Origin: Eledone cirrhosa
Lineage: Eukaryota
Assembly (NCBI GenBank): GCA_964016885.1
Contig: OZ024740.1
Location: 275,528,001 to 275,592,000 of the forward strand
Reading direction: 5' to 3'
DNA: 64,000 nt
Part shown: in pieces, positions 11,479-22,455 of the stretch
Position numbering within the stretch: the first letter of the stretch is position 1
Layout of the letters: every line of letters starts with the position of its first letter
Position numbers and translations under genes: made by a program
The notes under the pieces: model-generated
The model's input: only the letters and a program-made list of their open reading frames with translations
The model's database searches: none
Told to the model about the DNA's origin: nothing

Positions 11479-12354
11479 CGTTCCTGATGATTTCATATGA
11501 ATAAAACAGTTGTAATCGAGTAGAAGTAGTATATATATATATATATATATATTGATTGTTCCTTATATCTCATTCTGTTATTTTGCCCGAGAAAATATCT
11601 ATGTGTCATCAAATGTTGTACACACATAGATATTTTTTCAATTTCCAATTGAGTTCTTAGCACGTGGCCTGAATTCCTTTCAGAGTTCATTGTCATGCGC
11701 ATGTATTGTTTTTTTTGGTGGTAATTTATTCCTCATTTTTTTAATCAGTTTGAGCACTTCTTTAGAACTGCTGGACTGGCAACAGATGATGATTATTGCT
11801 AAATACTGATGTTGGTTAGATTATCAATATTAGTATTATTGGGGCACCCACTGATGAATTATAGGAGCCCACTTGAATATATATCTATTGATGGTATACA
11901 AGTTCCTACATAAATTGGTATAATTTCACCCAAATTGTAGGAATCCTATAATGAAACGAGACGTCCATCTGGGAAGAGATATATTAGATATGTCTCATAT
12001 GAAATAATACAGCCAATTTTCCACGCAATACTTTTAGTTAGCCCCCCGAACACATAATTGGGAATATAATCACTTATTTCCTAATGTTTGTTGAGTGAGT
12101 TGGAATTTGGCCGGAGTATCGCTAAAAAGCTTCCTCCGATATTGTATTTATTATATATATATATATATATAAATATATATATACATCTATGTATATACAT
12201 ATATATATGTAGGTTACCAAGTTGTGTCATGGGGAAAACCACAGTTAAAAAAGTTACTCAATACATTGTTTTGAGTACAGGCATTTTTTAAATTTTATAT
12301 ATACATATATTTTATTTTATTTTATATATACATATATTATATTTTATTTTATAT

Positions 12355-12402
<48 letters not shown>

Positions 12403-12415
12403 GTATATGTATATG

Positions 12416-12456
<41 letters not shown>

Positions 12457-12540
12457 TTATATATTCCTGGAAGCTCCAACCCTTAAGGTTGTCTTTTTTC
12501 AGGGTATGTCAATATTTATATATAAAACAAATCTGTATTG

Positions 12541-12606
12541 TATTTTATCTGATGAAAGTGCACCATAATTTGCCTTGGTGGCCCTTGAAATATGTATAAT
12601 AAAATA
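12541..12606 (+). ncRNA. Minimal type-I hammerhead ribozyme motif in a (TA)n-flanked Penelope pLTR-like segment (about 12465-12730)
   Basis: Stem I tattttat/ataaaata; CTGATGA 12549-12555; stem II aagtgcacca/tggtggccctt; GAAA 12587-12590; near-palindromic loop tatgta; cleavage-site TA 12597-12598. Confidence 0.75.
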
Positions 12607-12725
12607 AATATAGTTTCCATTTGTTAATATATTGTATATTTACTCCACTAATTTGTTGAGTGCTTTATATCAGTTATAACATTTTTTATAAGCTGGTTGA
12701 ATCCCAACAAATTAAATATAACCTC

Positions 12726-12770
<45 letters not shown>

Positions 12771-13392
12771 TGTATATATATATATATGTGCGTGTGTGTG
12801 TATGTATATACGCTGTTTTTCTTCTCTTTGTATAGTTGTGTTATATTTTAACTTTTGTATAATCTTATTTCATCCTTTATTGATTTTTTAACTTTTCAAA
12901 TTTATCAGGACATGATTTACTGAATTTTCAATAAATTTTCTTTTTTCATTTTAGTATTTATTTTTACTTCATAATATTTATAGCAATTGTTTGGTGAGGT
13001 GGAAGATAATTTTTTCTGCTGTATTTTTCCTACAATGTAGTTGTTGTTGTTATTATTTTTATCAAGAGTAGGGGTCTATGATAGGCTAAGTAGTAGACTA
13101 CCAGACTAATATTTTGTGATATTTATCCCATTAATACTTTGTGTTTAAATCCTGCAGCAATCATCTTTCATTTTCTTATTCATTAGAGTGCTGAATAAAA
13201 TGCCTTATGGTATTTAGTTATGACTGCTAATGTTGAGTTCAAATCCTGTGCTGAGGTCAACTTTGCCTTTCATCCTTCCAGAATCAATAAAATAAAGTAC
13301 CAAGGAAGTACTGGGATTGATATAATTCACTGTTCTCTTCTCACTAAAAACATTCTGGCCTTGTGCCTATGTAAGAAATTATTATCACATAT

Positions 13393-13730
13393 GAGGCACA
13401 TGGCTTAGTGGTTAGAGCATTGGCCATGCAATCGAACAGTTGTGAGTTCAATTCTCAGACCGGGTGATGTGTTGTTTCCTTGAGCAATACACTTTATTTC
13501 ACATTGCTCCAGTTTACTCAGCTACAGACTGGGGTCCCTATCATTCCACTGTAAAGTGGACGTGTAGGCGCCATGGAAAAAAAAAAAAAAAAAAGCACCC
13601 AGCACTCACTGTAAATGAGGTTGGTGTTAGGAAGGGCATCCAGCTGTAGAAATCAAGCCAGAATCAGTTCCCGTTCCACCCTTGCAAGCAGGGAAAAAGC
13701 GGACGTAAAATGAAATGATGATGATGATGA
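13393..13730 (+). mobile_element. tRNA-derived SINE family B with RTE-type 3' tail
   Basis: A box tggcttagtgg, B box gagttcaattc, ccttgagcaatacactttatttcacattgctcc, tail cccttgcaagcaggg...gacgtaaaatga(tga)n shared with the LINE end at 29670-29727. Confidence 0.88.
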
Positions 13731-14535
13731 TTAGTAGAGATAGAATACGGAAGAGCTGAACTCCCACTGTCATTGCCTCCATCTCTCTTGCCCTTCCCAT
13801 CTCTCTGTATTGTGAGCAAATGGGATCTGACATGCTGGCCACCACACAGCCCCAGCAGACAGAATGGAGAAGGCGTTTCCTCAAAGGATGCTAAGAGAAG
13901 AACCATTCCATTTCACGAGGCTCACACATGCGCCTAGCCAGCTTGGCACTGATGACGGTAACAAACTGAATATCTTACAACATTTAACCTATCAAGTGCA
14001 GTAGAATGGCAGTATCAGCAGAGTGCTGGACAAAATATTTTATGGCATAGAGTTATATCCCTTTACATTCTGAGTTCATCCTTATGGATGTCTTTCAGTA
14101 ATACACTGGGTAGATTTAATTGACTTCCCCTCCCCAAAAATGTGTTGACTGTTTGCCTGAATCAGAAACCATTATTCATTCCAAGGTCTCTGTTTTCTGA
14201 GTTCAAGTTCTGCTGCAGCCAAATTGGATTATGTTCATTCCATGGATGATTCATAAAGTCCAAGTACAAAGTAGTGGGTTGGCAGAATTGTTACTACATT
14301 GAGTGGAATATATTGTGCTCTCTTTTCAGGTTCTTTGTATTCATATGGCAATGTTTGTGTCGACAATGATGTTAGGGGTTGGGGCAAATGACAGAATTGA
14401 TAGAACTTCATATAAAATGCCATTGCAGTATTTGTTCTGAAACTTTACATCCTGAGTTCAAATGGAAACATGATCTATTTTTCTTTTCTTCCTTCTGGTG
14501 TTAATAAAATAAAGTACCAGTTAAATACTGGTGTT

Positions 14536-14733
14536 TAGTGCCAGATTTACCAGTGTGCTTAGGTGTGCTTAAGCACAGGGCCCCATTGGCCAAGGGGGCC
14601 CATCTTCCTTCGAAAAACATTTTTACTATGAATTTTTCAAATGTTTTTAAAATGTCAAATGCTCAAAGGTCAAATGCTCAAATGCTCATAATTTAACTAG
14701 CACAGGACCACATTTATCCTAAATCTATCACTG
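14536..14733. mobile_element. hAT-type MITE inserted in a decayed SINE A
   Basis: TIRs tagtgccagattta / taaatctatcactg; 8-bp TSD ctggtgtt (14528-14535) / ctggtatt (14734-14741); internal gggcccc motifs. Confidence 0.8.
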
Positions 14734-15376
14734 CTGGTATTGATTTAATAAAGTTTACCCTTATCCCCAAATGTTCTAGCCCTGTACATAAATTAGAAAT
14801 CAATATTTGTGCTGACTCAGGTACTAAGATATATTATTGCCATTGACTTTCCTGAGGCTCTCATCAGTAGGTTAAAGTGGAGAGACTGATATGCATAGCC
14901 GACTGCTGTTCATCATCCAGAAAACACCATGCCCAGGTATGATTCCTGAGGAGGAACATATTTGATGTCATTACATAGTCTTATCAGACATACAGAAGTT
15001 ATGGATATCAAAGTGAAAATTCTATGTATGAATTCTCTGCTAGCAAGGGCTGAAATGGGGCTACTGACCTCCCAGAGAGGCGAGGGTTTTGTTCATTTTG
15101 CTTCACACACACTCACACACACAAAGAGACAATATATATATATATATATATATAAATGATGATGATGATGATGATGATGATATATATATATAATAAAATG
15201 TTACAGTTTGTTTGAAGCATTGTATATAATATATAACGTTGAAAGAGATAGAAGGTTAAACAATGCAAAATGGACTGTAAGATGAGGTAACGAAAAGTAA
15301 AAGTTACCTGGTAATCTTTGTTTTGTTTTGTTGTTTTTCTTCTTCTTTTATCTGTCCATTTCTTCACGCTAGCATG

Positions 15377-15442
<66 letters not shown>

Positions 15443-15587
15443 TGGCGAAGGGTAACCTGGAAAGCAGGGCATGCAGTCCAATGACCATGGTGGAAAGTGG
15501 GGCTGTGCAGCCTTACCCCCCCCCCCCAAAAAAAAAAAATTCCCTCTACATGACCCTCCCGGTCAAGGCTGCATATAGTGTTATCTA

Positions 15588-16135
15588 GTGTGTGTGTGTG
15601 TGTGTTGTCTTTTTATGTGTCTACGATTTAGCAAGCAGCCAAAATTCTGCTTGCTTCAACTCACGTCGTGTGTTTGTGTGTATGTGTGCATGTGTGTGTG
15701 TGTTATTTTTTTATGTGTCTACGATTTAGCAAGCAGCCGAAATTCTGCTTGCTTCAACCGACGCTGTCGTATGTTTGTGTGTGTGTGTGTGAGTTATCTT
15801 TTTATGTGTCTACGATTTAGCAAGCAGGCAAAATTCTGCTTGCTTCAACTGACGTCGAGTGTTTGTGTGTATGTGTGCATGTGTGTGTGCATTATCTTTT
15901 TTTGGCAGTATCGGTAGAGGGTCGCACGCCATGCTTTCCAGCATAGTTACGTCCCTTTACGATCTGAGTTCAAATCCCGCCGAGGTTGACTTTGCCTTTC
16001 ATCCTTACGGGGTCGATAAAATAAAGTACCAGTTATGCACTGGGTAATTGCTGGCCTTGTGCCTAAAGTAGAAACAATTATCTTTTTATGTGTGTATGAT
16101 TTAGCAAGCAGCCACAATTCTGCTTGCTTCAACTG
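15588..16135. repeat. About 90-98-bp minisatellite, 4 units, each with a 9-bp hairpin
   Basis: tttttatgtgtctacgatttAGCAAGCAGccNaaattCTGCTTGCTtcaac repeated with (GT)n spacers; fourth unit split by a SINE. Confidence 0.92.
15902..16081 (+). mobile_element. SINE family A inserted in the minisatellite
   Basis: Near-consensus copy; attatcttttt duplicated on both sides. Confidence 0.92.
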
Positions 16136-16202
16136 ATGCAATTGATCAACTCAAGATTCTATAATGCATGCACTGCATGCGTTGCATGCACAGACCCTTC
16201 GC

Positions 16203-16260
<58 letters not shown>

Positions 16261-16689
16261 GTCTATGTGCCAATATAAGAAATTATTATTAGGCTGTTGG
16301 AATAGCAGAAAGAGTTGATTGCTGGATTTCTTTGTGAACGAGACACTGCCATCTCATTTGACTTGTCTCCCAACAAGACAACCCATCTAACCCTTGCTAG
16401 CATGGAAAATGGATGTTAAATGGTGATGTGATGATGATATTCAAGTTCAATTATAGCCAGGGTCAATTTTGTTTTAATCCTCTAGGACTGATTAGCAAAA
16501 ATTTAACCAGTCATTTATCAAGGCTAATTTAGTTGATTAAATCAAATACATATATATTTGTATCTACTTTGAAGTGAGAAAGTCTACGATGATGATGGTA
16601 GGGAAGATAAGAATGTTGATGTGGGTCATGGTTTATTTGGACATCTCGTTTAAGCCACCATCATCATCATATCTATCATGCTCTTGTTG

Positions 16690-16802
16690 AGTAAATTATC
16701 TTGTATGGCTCAGATACATGGACACTCCCAAATGCAATTAGATGGTTCTTATACTCCACTATCAGTATGGTACAAAATCTTTTGTGGAAAACAGATTCAA
16801 CA
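16690..16802 (+). pseudogene. Tiny decayed RTE/RTE-X ORF2 fragment
   Basis: Reads LYGSDTWTL then LDGSYT across a frameshift, resembling the RTE LYGSETW motif. Confidence 0.5.
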
Positions 16803-18025
16803 TTATCATCGATTAATGTCTATCTTCCACGCTAGCATGGGTTTGACGGATCCTGTTTTGAGGCAAGTTGTGTTGGGTGATTGTGTCTCATTCATATAGG
16901 GGTATTCCTGGCTGGTTTTCTACGGCTGGATGTCCTTCCTAATGCCAACCACATTTACAGTAAAATAAATTTATAGAACTTTACCACATCTTTCACAAAC
17001 TGTGAGGAAATATAGACTATTGTTTGTAGTGCAAAAGATGAGCTAACCTCCTCATTTGTCCTTTGGAGATCTTGATCTGCTGATGAGTAAAGTCACTAGC
17101 TCAACTATCTAGATACCATTATTGAAGATTCAGGATTTGAAGTGGGGAGGTCTGTCTCAGTCTGGACTAGAATCATCAAATGATGGTGGTACTGATGGTC
17201 ATAGCCATGTACATCATTGCTTTTGTTGTTATTGCCATGGTGGTGATGGTGGTGGTAATAATATAAGAGAAGTAGGAGGAAGGAAAAGAAGAAATTAGGA
17301 TGATGATGATGATGATGATGATGAGGATGATGATAAAAAGGAATGAGGAATAAGAATGAAGGTAGGAAGAATATAAAGGAGACGGTGATGATGATGATGA
17401 GGAGGAGGAGGATGATGATAAAGGATGAGGGGAATAAATGATGAATAAGAAAAAAGAAATAAGTAAATATGGTTTGATGAAGAAAAGAAAAAAAGGATAA
17501 ATAGAAAGAAAGAAAGAAAGAAGAAGAAGAAGAAGAAGAAGAAGAAGAAGAAGAAGAAGAAGAAGAAGAAGAGGGGAGGAGGGGAGGAGGCTACAAGAAG
17601 CAGAATTTCTGAAGAATGAAATAGAATGAGATGAAAGAACGTGAGGGGGGTGTAGAAAAGAAGAAGAAAGAGACTAAAAAAATAAAGAATGTAAAAAAAA
17701 TGTAACTAAGAAGCAGAATAAAAGAAAGTCAAACAAAAATATAAATATACAACAAAAAATTACGAAAATTACAAAAATAATAAGACAAGAGTGAAAAAAT
17801 AGGTAGAAAAATAGGAGGGAGAGGAGGGAAAAAAGCTACTAAGAGGAATAACTCTACTGTGACTATCAGCAGAGTATAGAAGTTAAGGATGGGATGGAGA
17901 TGGAGATGATATGAGAGGTAGTGTGGCTGCCATTTGTTATGACTTGGCTGTTCCATCTTGCTCATCTATGCTAATGACATTCTCAAGGTGAGCAGGTTAT
18001 ATGCCTATATGTGCATGTGAGGCTG

Positions 18026-18068
<43 letters not shown>

Positions 18069-18141
18069 ATATATGTATATAAATACATATATACACACAC
18101 ACATATATATATACATATATATATATATGTATATGTATGTA

Positions 18142-18198
<57 letters not shown>

Positions 18199-18240
18199 CA
18201 TAAGTAGTGTGATGCTGTTTGAGCAACCCATGCTGATATC

Positions 18241-18372
18241 ATCATCATCATCATCATCATCATTTTACGTCCACTTTTCCCTGCTTGCAAGGGTGGGAAG
18301 GGAACTGATACTGGCTTGATTTCTACAGCTGGATGCCCTTCCTAACACCAACCTCATTTACAGTGAGTGCTG
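18241..18372 (-). mobile_element. RTE-type tail fragment of SINE B
   Basis: (cat)n-tttacgtccacttttccctgcttgcaaggg...ggatgcccttcctaacaccaacc. Confidence 0.85.
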
Positions 18373-18723
18373 GCACATGGCTTAGTGGTTAGAGCATTGG
18401 CCTTGCAATCGAAAGGTTGTGAATTCAATTCTCAAACTGGGTGATGTGTTGTTTCCTTGAGCAAGACACTTTATTTCACATTGCTCCAGTTTACTCAGCT
18501 GTAGAAATGAGATGATAGGGACTGGGGTCCCTATCATTCCACTGTAAAGTGGACGTGTAGGCGCCATGGAAAAGAAAAAAAAAAAAGCACCCAGCACTCA
18601 CTGTAAATGAGGTTAGTGTTAGGAAGGGCATCCAGCTGTAGAAATCAAGCCAGAATCAGTTCCCGTCCCACCCTTGCAAGCAGGGAAAAAGCGGACGTAA
18701 AATGAAATGATGATGATGATGAT
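18372..18723 (+). mobile_element. SINE family B, full length with RTE tail
   Basis: Near-identical to 13393-13730. Confidence 0.9.
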
Positions 18724-18870
18724 ATATATATATGCACACACGCACACACACACTAGCATGAACAGGCTATCTTAAAAGATAACAAGCTCAACAGTGATAT
18801 TTGTATTTTGTATACAGTGATTAATTACTGCATGTATTATATATATATATACATATATATACATATATAT

Positions 18871-19062
18871 ATAATTGTTTCTACTTTAGACACAAGGCCA
18901 GCAATTACCCAGTGCATTACTGCTACTTTATTTTATCGACTCCGTAAGGATTAAAGGCAAAGTCAACCTCAGCGGGATTTAAACTCAGATCGTAAAGGGA
19001 CGTAATTCTATGCTTCAAAGCATGGGCGTCCGACCCTCTACAATACTGCCAATCCACCGCCC
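18871..19062 (-). mobile_element. SINE family A
   Basis: Full reverse-complement consensus match between (TA)n tracts. Confidence 0.92.
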
Positions 19063-19088
<26 letters not shown>

Positions 19089-19093
<5 letters not shown>

Positions 19094-19221
19094 GTTTCTA
19101 CTTTAGGCACAAGGCCAGCAATTACCCAGTATATTACTGGTACTTTATTTTATCGACCCCGTAAGGATGAAAGGCAAAGTTAACCTTGGCGGGATTTGAA
19201 CTCAGACTGTAAAGGGACGTA
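19089..19221 (-). mobile_element. SINE family A, 5'-truncated
   Basis: Tail to B box present, head absent. Confidence 0.9.
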
Positions 19222-19276
19222 TATATATAATGAAACAGTATACAGTTTGGAGCAATATTATGTATTCCCACACAAA

Positions 19277-19467
19277 GGGTGGTGGATTGGCAGTATCGGT
19301 AGAGGGTCGGACGCCATGCTTTGACGCATAGAGTTACGGCCCTTGCCATTCTGAGTTCAAATCCCGCCGAGGTTAACTTTGCCTTTCATCCTTATGGGGT
19401 CGATAAAATAAAGTACCAGTAATACACTGGGTAATTGCTGGCCTTGTGCCTAAAGTAGAAACAATTA
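19277..19467 (+). mobile_element. SINE family A, full length, 20-bp TSD
   Basis: TSD attatgtattcccacacaaa at 19257-19276 and 19464-19483. Confidence 0.95.
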
Positions 19468-19725
19468 TGTATTCCCACACAAATCCGTTTATCCACTATG
19501 TAATATATTGTGTCTGCTTTGATATGCAAGTTCGTATTTGCAGCATACAATCTCTATAAAATCATTGAGCATGTGGAAATCGGCGACCCTAGGCGATATC
19601 TAATTGTCTGACTCATTATAATTATTGTATATATATATATAGTGAAAAATGGAACGGGAACAAAACAGAGAGGCAGTACGAACAAAGGTTTATTAGTTTC
19701 ACGCTCTTGAGAGTGGAGGTGGGGG

Positions 19726-19753
19726 GACGTTTCGGGCATAAGCCCTTCTTCAG
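19726..19753 (-). ncRNA. Minimal hammerhead core without stem I, in a Penelope pLTR-like segment (about 19640-19860)
   Basis: Minus strand CTGAAGA-a-gggc-ttat-gccc-GAAA-cg-TC. Confidence 0.55.
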
Positions 19754-20526
19754 GCGAAAAGAGGGTGGGAAGAGAGTTCCGAGGGTATGTAGGGAAGTGG
19801 AGGAGAGACATTTAGAAAAAAAAGGTGGGGGGGAGGAAAAACGGTGGAAGGGGTACAAATAAAAATAAAAAAAAAAAATAAAAATAAACATGAAGATAAA
19901 CAAGTGGTGGACAGGTATGGAGTGTGTAGGGAGGTGGCGAGTGGAGTGGGGAGAGAGAGGCGGGGTGTCTGAGCAAGGAGGGCTGAAGGTGGTGTATGTG
20001 TGTAGGTGTACGTGTGTGTGTGTATGTGAATGTGAGAGTTGGGGGAAGAACGAGGTTCCATGTTCAGGAAAAGGTGTGTGTGTGGGGTGGGGTGTAGGTC
20101 GGTGTGTGTGTGCGTGTGGATGGGGAGGGGTCAGAGGGGTGGGGGAGGATTCCGGAGGATGAGTGTGTATATATGTGGAGGTACGCACATATATGGTGTT
20201 TATACGTTTTGTGGATGTAGGTGACGTGGTTCGAAAAAAAAAGCAAATGAATGAATGAAAGAGTTACTAGCCATTATAACACGTTCTTTATATAAATATT
20301 ACAACTTGTTATAACGGCTAGTAATTCATTCATTCATTCACCTGTTTATACCTGCTCTGATTGAACAATCTACTAAATATTAAATCCTCTCTAATATTTA
20401 ACTCTGCTAACCCAAGCATTGAGCACATTTGGCTTCGGCTAGTGGCATTTAGTAATCTGTATCGCACCTCTCTGTATCTCTCTCTCCTCTCCTACGATAC
20501 ATATTTCCTATTGTTATATATATATA

Positions 20527-20796
20527 TAGTTTCTACTTTTGGCACAAGGCCAACGATTACCACAGTGTACCACTGGTACTTCATTTTATTGATGAACTTT
20601 GCCTTTCATCCTTACAAGATCGATAAAATAAAGTACCAGTGGTACACTGGGGTAATCGCTAGCCTTGTGCCAAAAGTAGAAACTCAAATCCCGCCGAGGT
20701 TAACTTTGCCTTTCATCCTTGCGGGGTCGATAAAATAAAGTACCAGTAATACACTGGGATAATTGCTGGCCTTGTGCCAAAAGTAGAAACAATTAT
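20527..20796. mobile_element. Rearranged SINE A cluster: inverted tail plus two direct 3' halves
   Basis: Minus tail 20527-20593, plus tail 20594-20684, second plus 3' half 20684-20796. Confidence 0.85.
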
Positions 20797-21230
20797 ATAT
20801 ATATATATATATATATAGAAAGAGAGAGAGAGATTCTTCGGCACCTGATGATAGTGGCCAGTGTTTGGACTGCTGCACCACTACACAGTGGAGGCTATTA
20901 CTGGAACATGAAACCTAAGGTAGCACATGCAAATTAAGTGTATGAACATTAATTAAATCTAAATAAGCACTCATGCACTAGATTGAGCATTTTTTTGTTT
21001 ACCCTAAATCTATGGATATCTTACATATATATCATACATATATATATATTTATCCATTCATGCTTTTATGGCTAAATAGAGAGCCTTGTTATTCTGGAGT
21101 TTCATTTGTTTATCCAGGTAACAAGACTCACTATTTAACCTTAATACAATGAATATTTAAATTTTACTTTGGTATTGACTATTCTTATCTCTCAGTCATC
21201 AACTACATATGGATATATATATATATATAT

Positions 21231-21590
21231 AAATAGGATTTTGCTTCAAGCATAGCGTTATACAAATATGTATAGAAATTTTGTATTTCTAAAGAAACAC
21301 GGTTTCAGGAAGCTATGCAAACACTGGGGTTAACGTCCTTTGGTGGTGTCCAGCAGAAACAAGGGGGACAACCGTCTATGCATTTCAGACTTGACTGGCC
21401 TTTGTCAGGACGGTCCCTCCCACCGCTTGCTACTGCTGGACTTGAAAACAGTCGAGAATATATAGTTTTCTCATCTGTGTAAATGAGGTGATTAATTACA
21501 TTTGCATATGAAGCTGCATAAGTTGGCTCAACTTATAATAGAATAGAAATAGAATTTTGCTTTAAGCATAGCGTTATACAAATATGTATA
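21231..21590 (-). mobile_element. Retrozyme-like or Penelope pLTR-like element: 316-bp unit with 44-bp terminal direct repeat
   Basis: aaatag(g/a)attttgctt(c/t)aagcatagcgttatacaaatatgtata at 21231-21274 and 21547-21590; (TA)n both sides; hammerhead motif inside. Confidence 0.7.
21371..21414 (-). ncRNA. Minimal type-I hammerhead ribozyme motif with G8-to-A core substitution
   Basis: Minus strand accgtc-CTGACAA-aggc-cagtcaa-gtct-GAAA-tgca-TA-gacggt; perfect 6-bp stem I and palindromic loop III. Confidence 0.75.
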
Positions 21591-22261
21591 TATATATATA
21601 TATAGGAAAAGAATCAGGACCCCGAAACCTGAGCTACAGCCATTTCAACAACTAGATCTATATATCATCATTATCATCATCATCAATATCACTGTTTTTG
21701 CATTGACATTTTCTTGTTGACATGGGTTGAACAGGACTTTTTGAACCTATGTTTTACAGCTGAATGATCTTTCTAATACTAACCCTTTTAGTTGTTTCTT
21801 ATAGCACACAGAGACAAATATTTCAAACCAAATACACACGAGGAGGTGATACCCAAATACATATATTTATATAATGAAAAGTATGTGTGGTGTATTTGTT
21901 GTTGGTGTTATTGTTGCTTAGCTCCGGTTCCACCCTAATCTAGGAAATTTATGGGGAAAAGCATTCCAGCAGTAACTATCTTGTCCTTTTTCTGTGCTAT
22001 CAATTAATTGGAGTCACTACTCTCCTAGACGGGCTGCCTTCTGTGTGGCTTATGGAACACTTGTGTATCTGTGCAATTTTATTCATAGTAACTGCTTTCC
22101 CTCATGGACTTTATACTTCATGGCTTATAGAACCATCATTTTCACCAAGCAGTCATCTGTTAGTGATTCATTCAAAGTGACCATTACCCCCCCCCCCCCC
22201 CCCCAAAAAAAAATACACCCAAATCTCTTATATATAGAGTCACACATCGTAACACAATGTT

Positions 22262-22455
22262 AGATCAGTTTGACAATCGCCACTCACGAATGCGAGAAAG
22301 TTCTCCAGGAAAGTTAACCAGGAATCTTTAAAAAACTTCCCATAAAAGTTAACACAGAACTTACCTGACCTACAAAGGAAAATTGTAAATTTGTAATATC
22401 GTAAAATAAATTGTTTAGAACTATAAGTCATTCTTTTCCTTTTTTCAAATATATA
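22262..22455. mobile_element. Unclassified (TA)n-associated repeat; inverted partner at 25846-26035
   Basis: cagtttgacaatcgccactcacgaatgcgagaaagttctccaggaaa is present as an exact reverse complement at about 25986-26032. Confidence 0.8.

Larger units (their letters stand above)
15440..16207. mobile_element. Non-autonomous hAT-like DNA transposon in an (AT)n tract, containing a minisatellite and a SINE
   Basis: 14-bp TIRs cagtggcgaagggt / acccttcgcctctg (1 mismatch); (AT)n on both sides. Confidence 0.8.

Noticed and set aside
11851-11880. Other CTGATGA hits (11851, 17080, 20845, 27789, 30984, 58686; minus strand near 3780 and 14867)
   Set aside because: No properly placed stem II, GAAA and stem I
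11540-12145. Possible Penelope GIY-YIG remnant (YFLGQ...RYKE)
   Set aside because: Only a few residues match and frames are broken; not supportable by eye
13393-13465. tRNA genes at SINE A and SINE B heads
   Set aside because: A and B boxes present, but each runs into a SINE body and no complete cloverleaf was seen
15588-16135. Palindromic repeats with variable spacers, superficially CRISPR-like
   Set aside because: Spacers are related (GT)n-rich sequence, and the array lies within a TIR element
19622-20246. 188-aa Pro/His/Thr-rich ORF
   Set aside because: Low-complexity G/T-rich repeat sequence with no domain similarity
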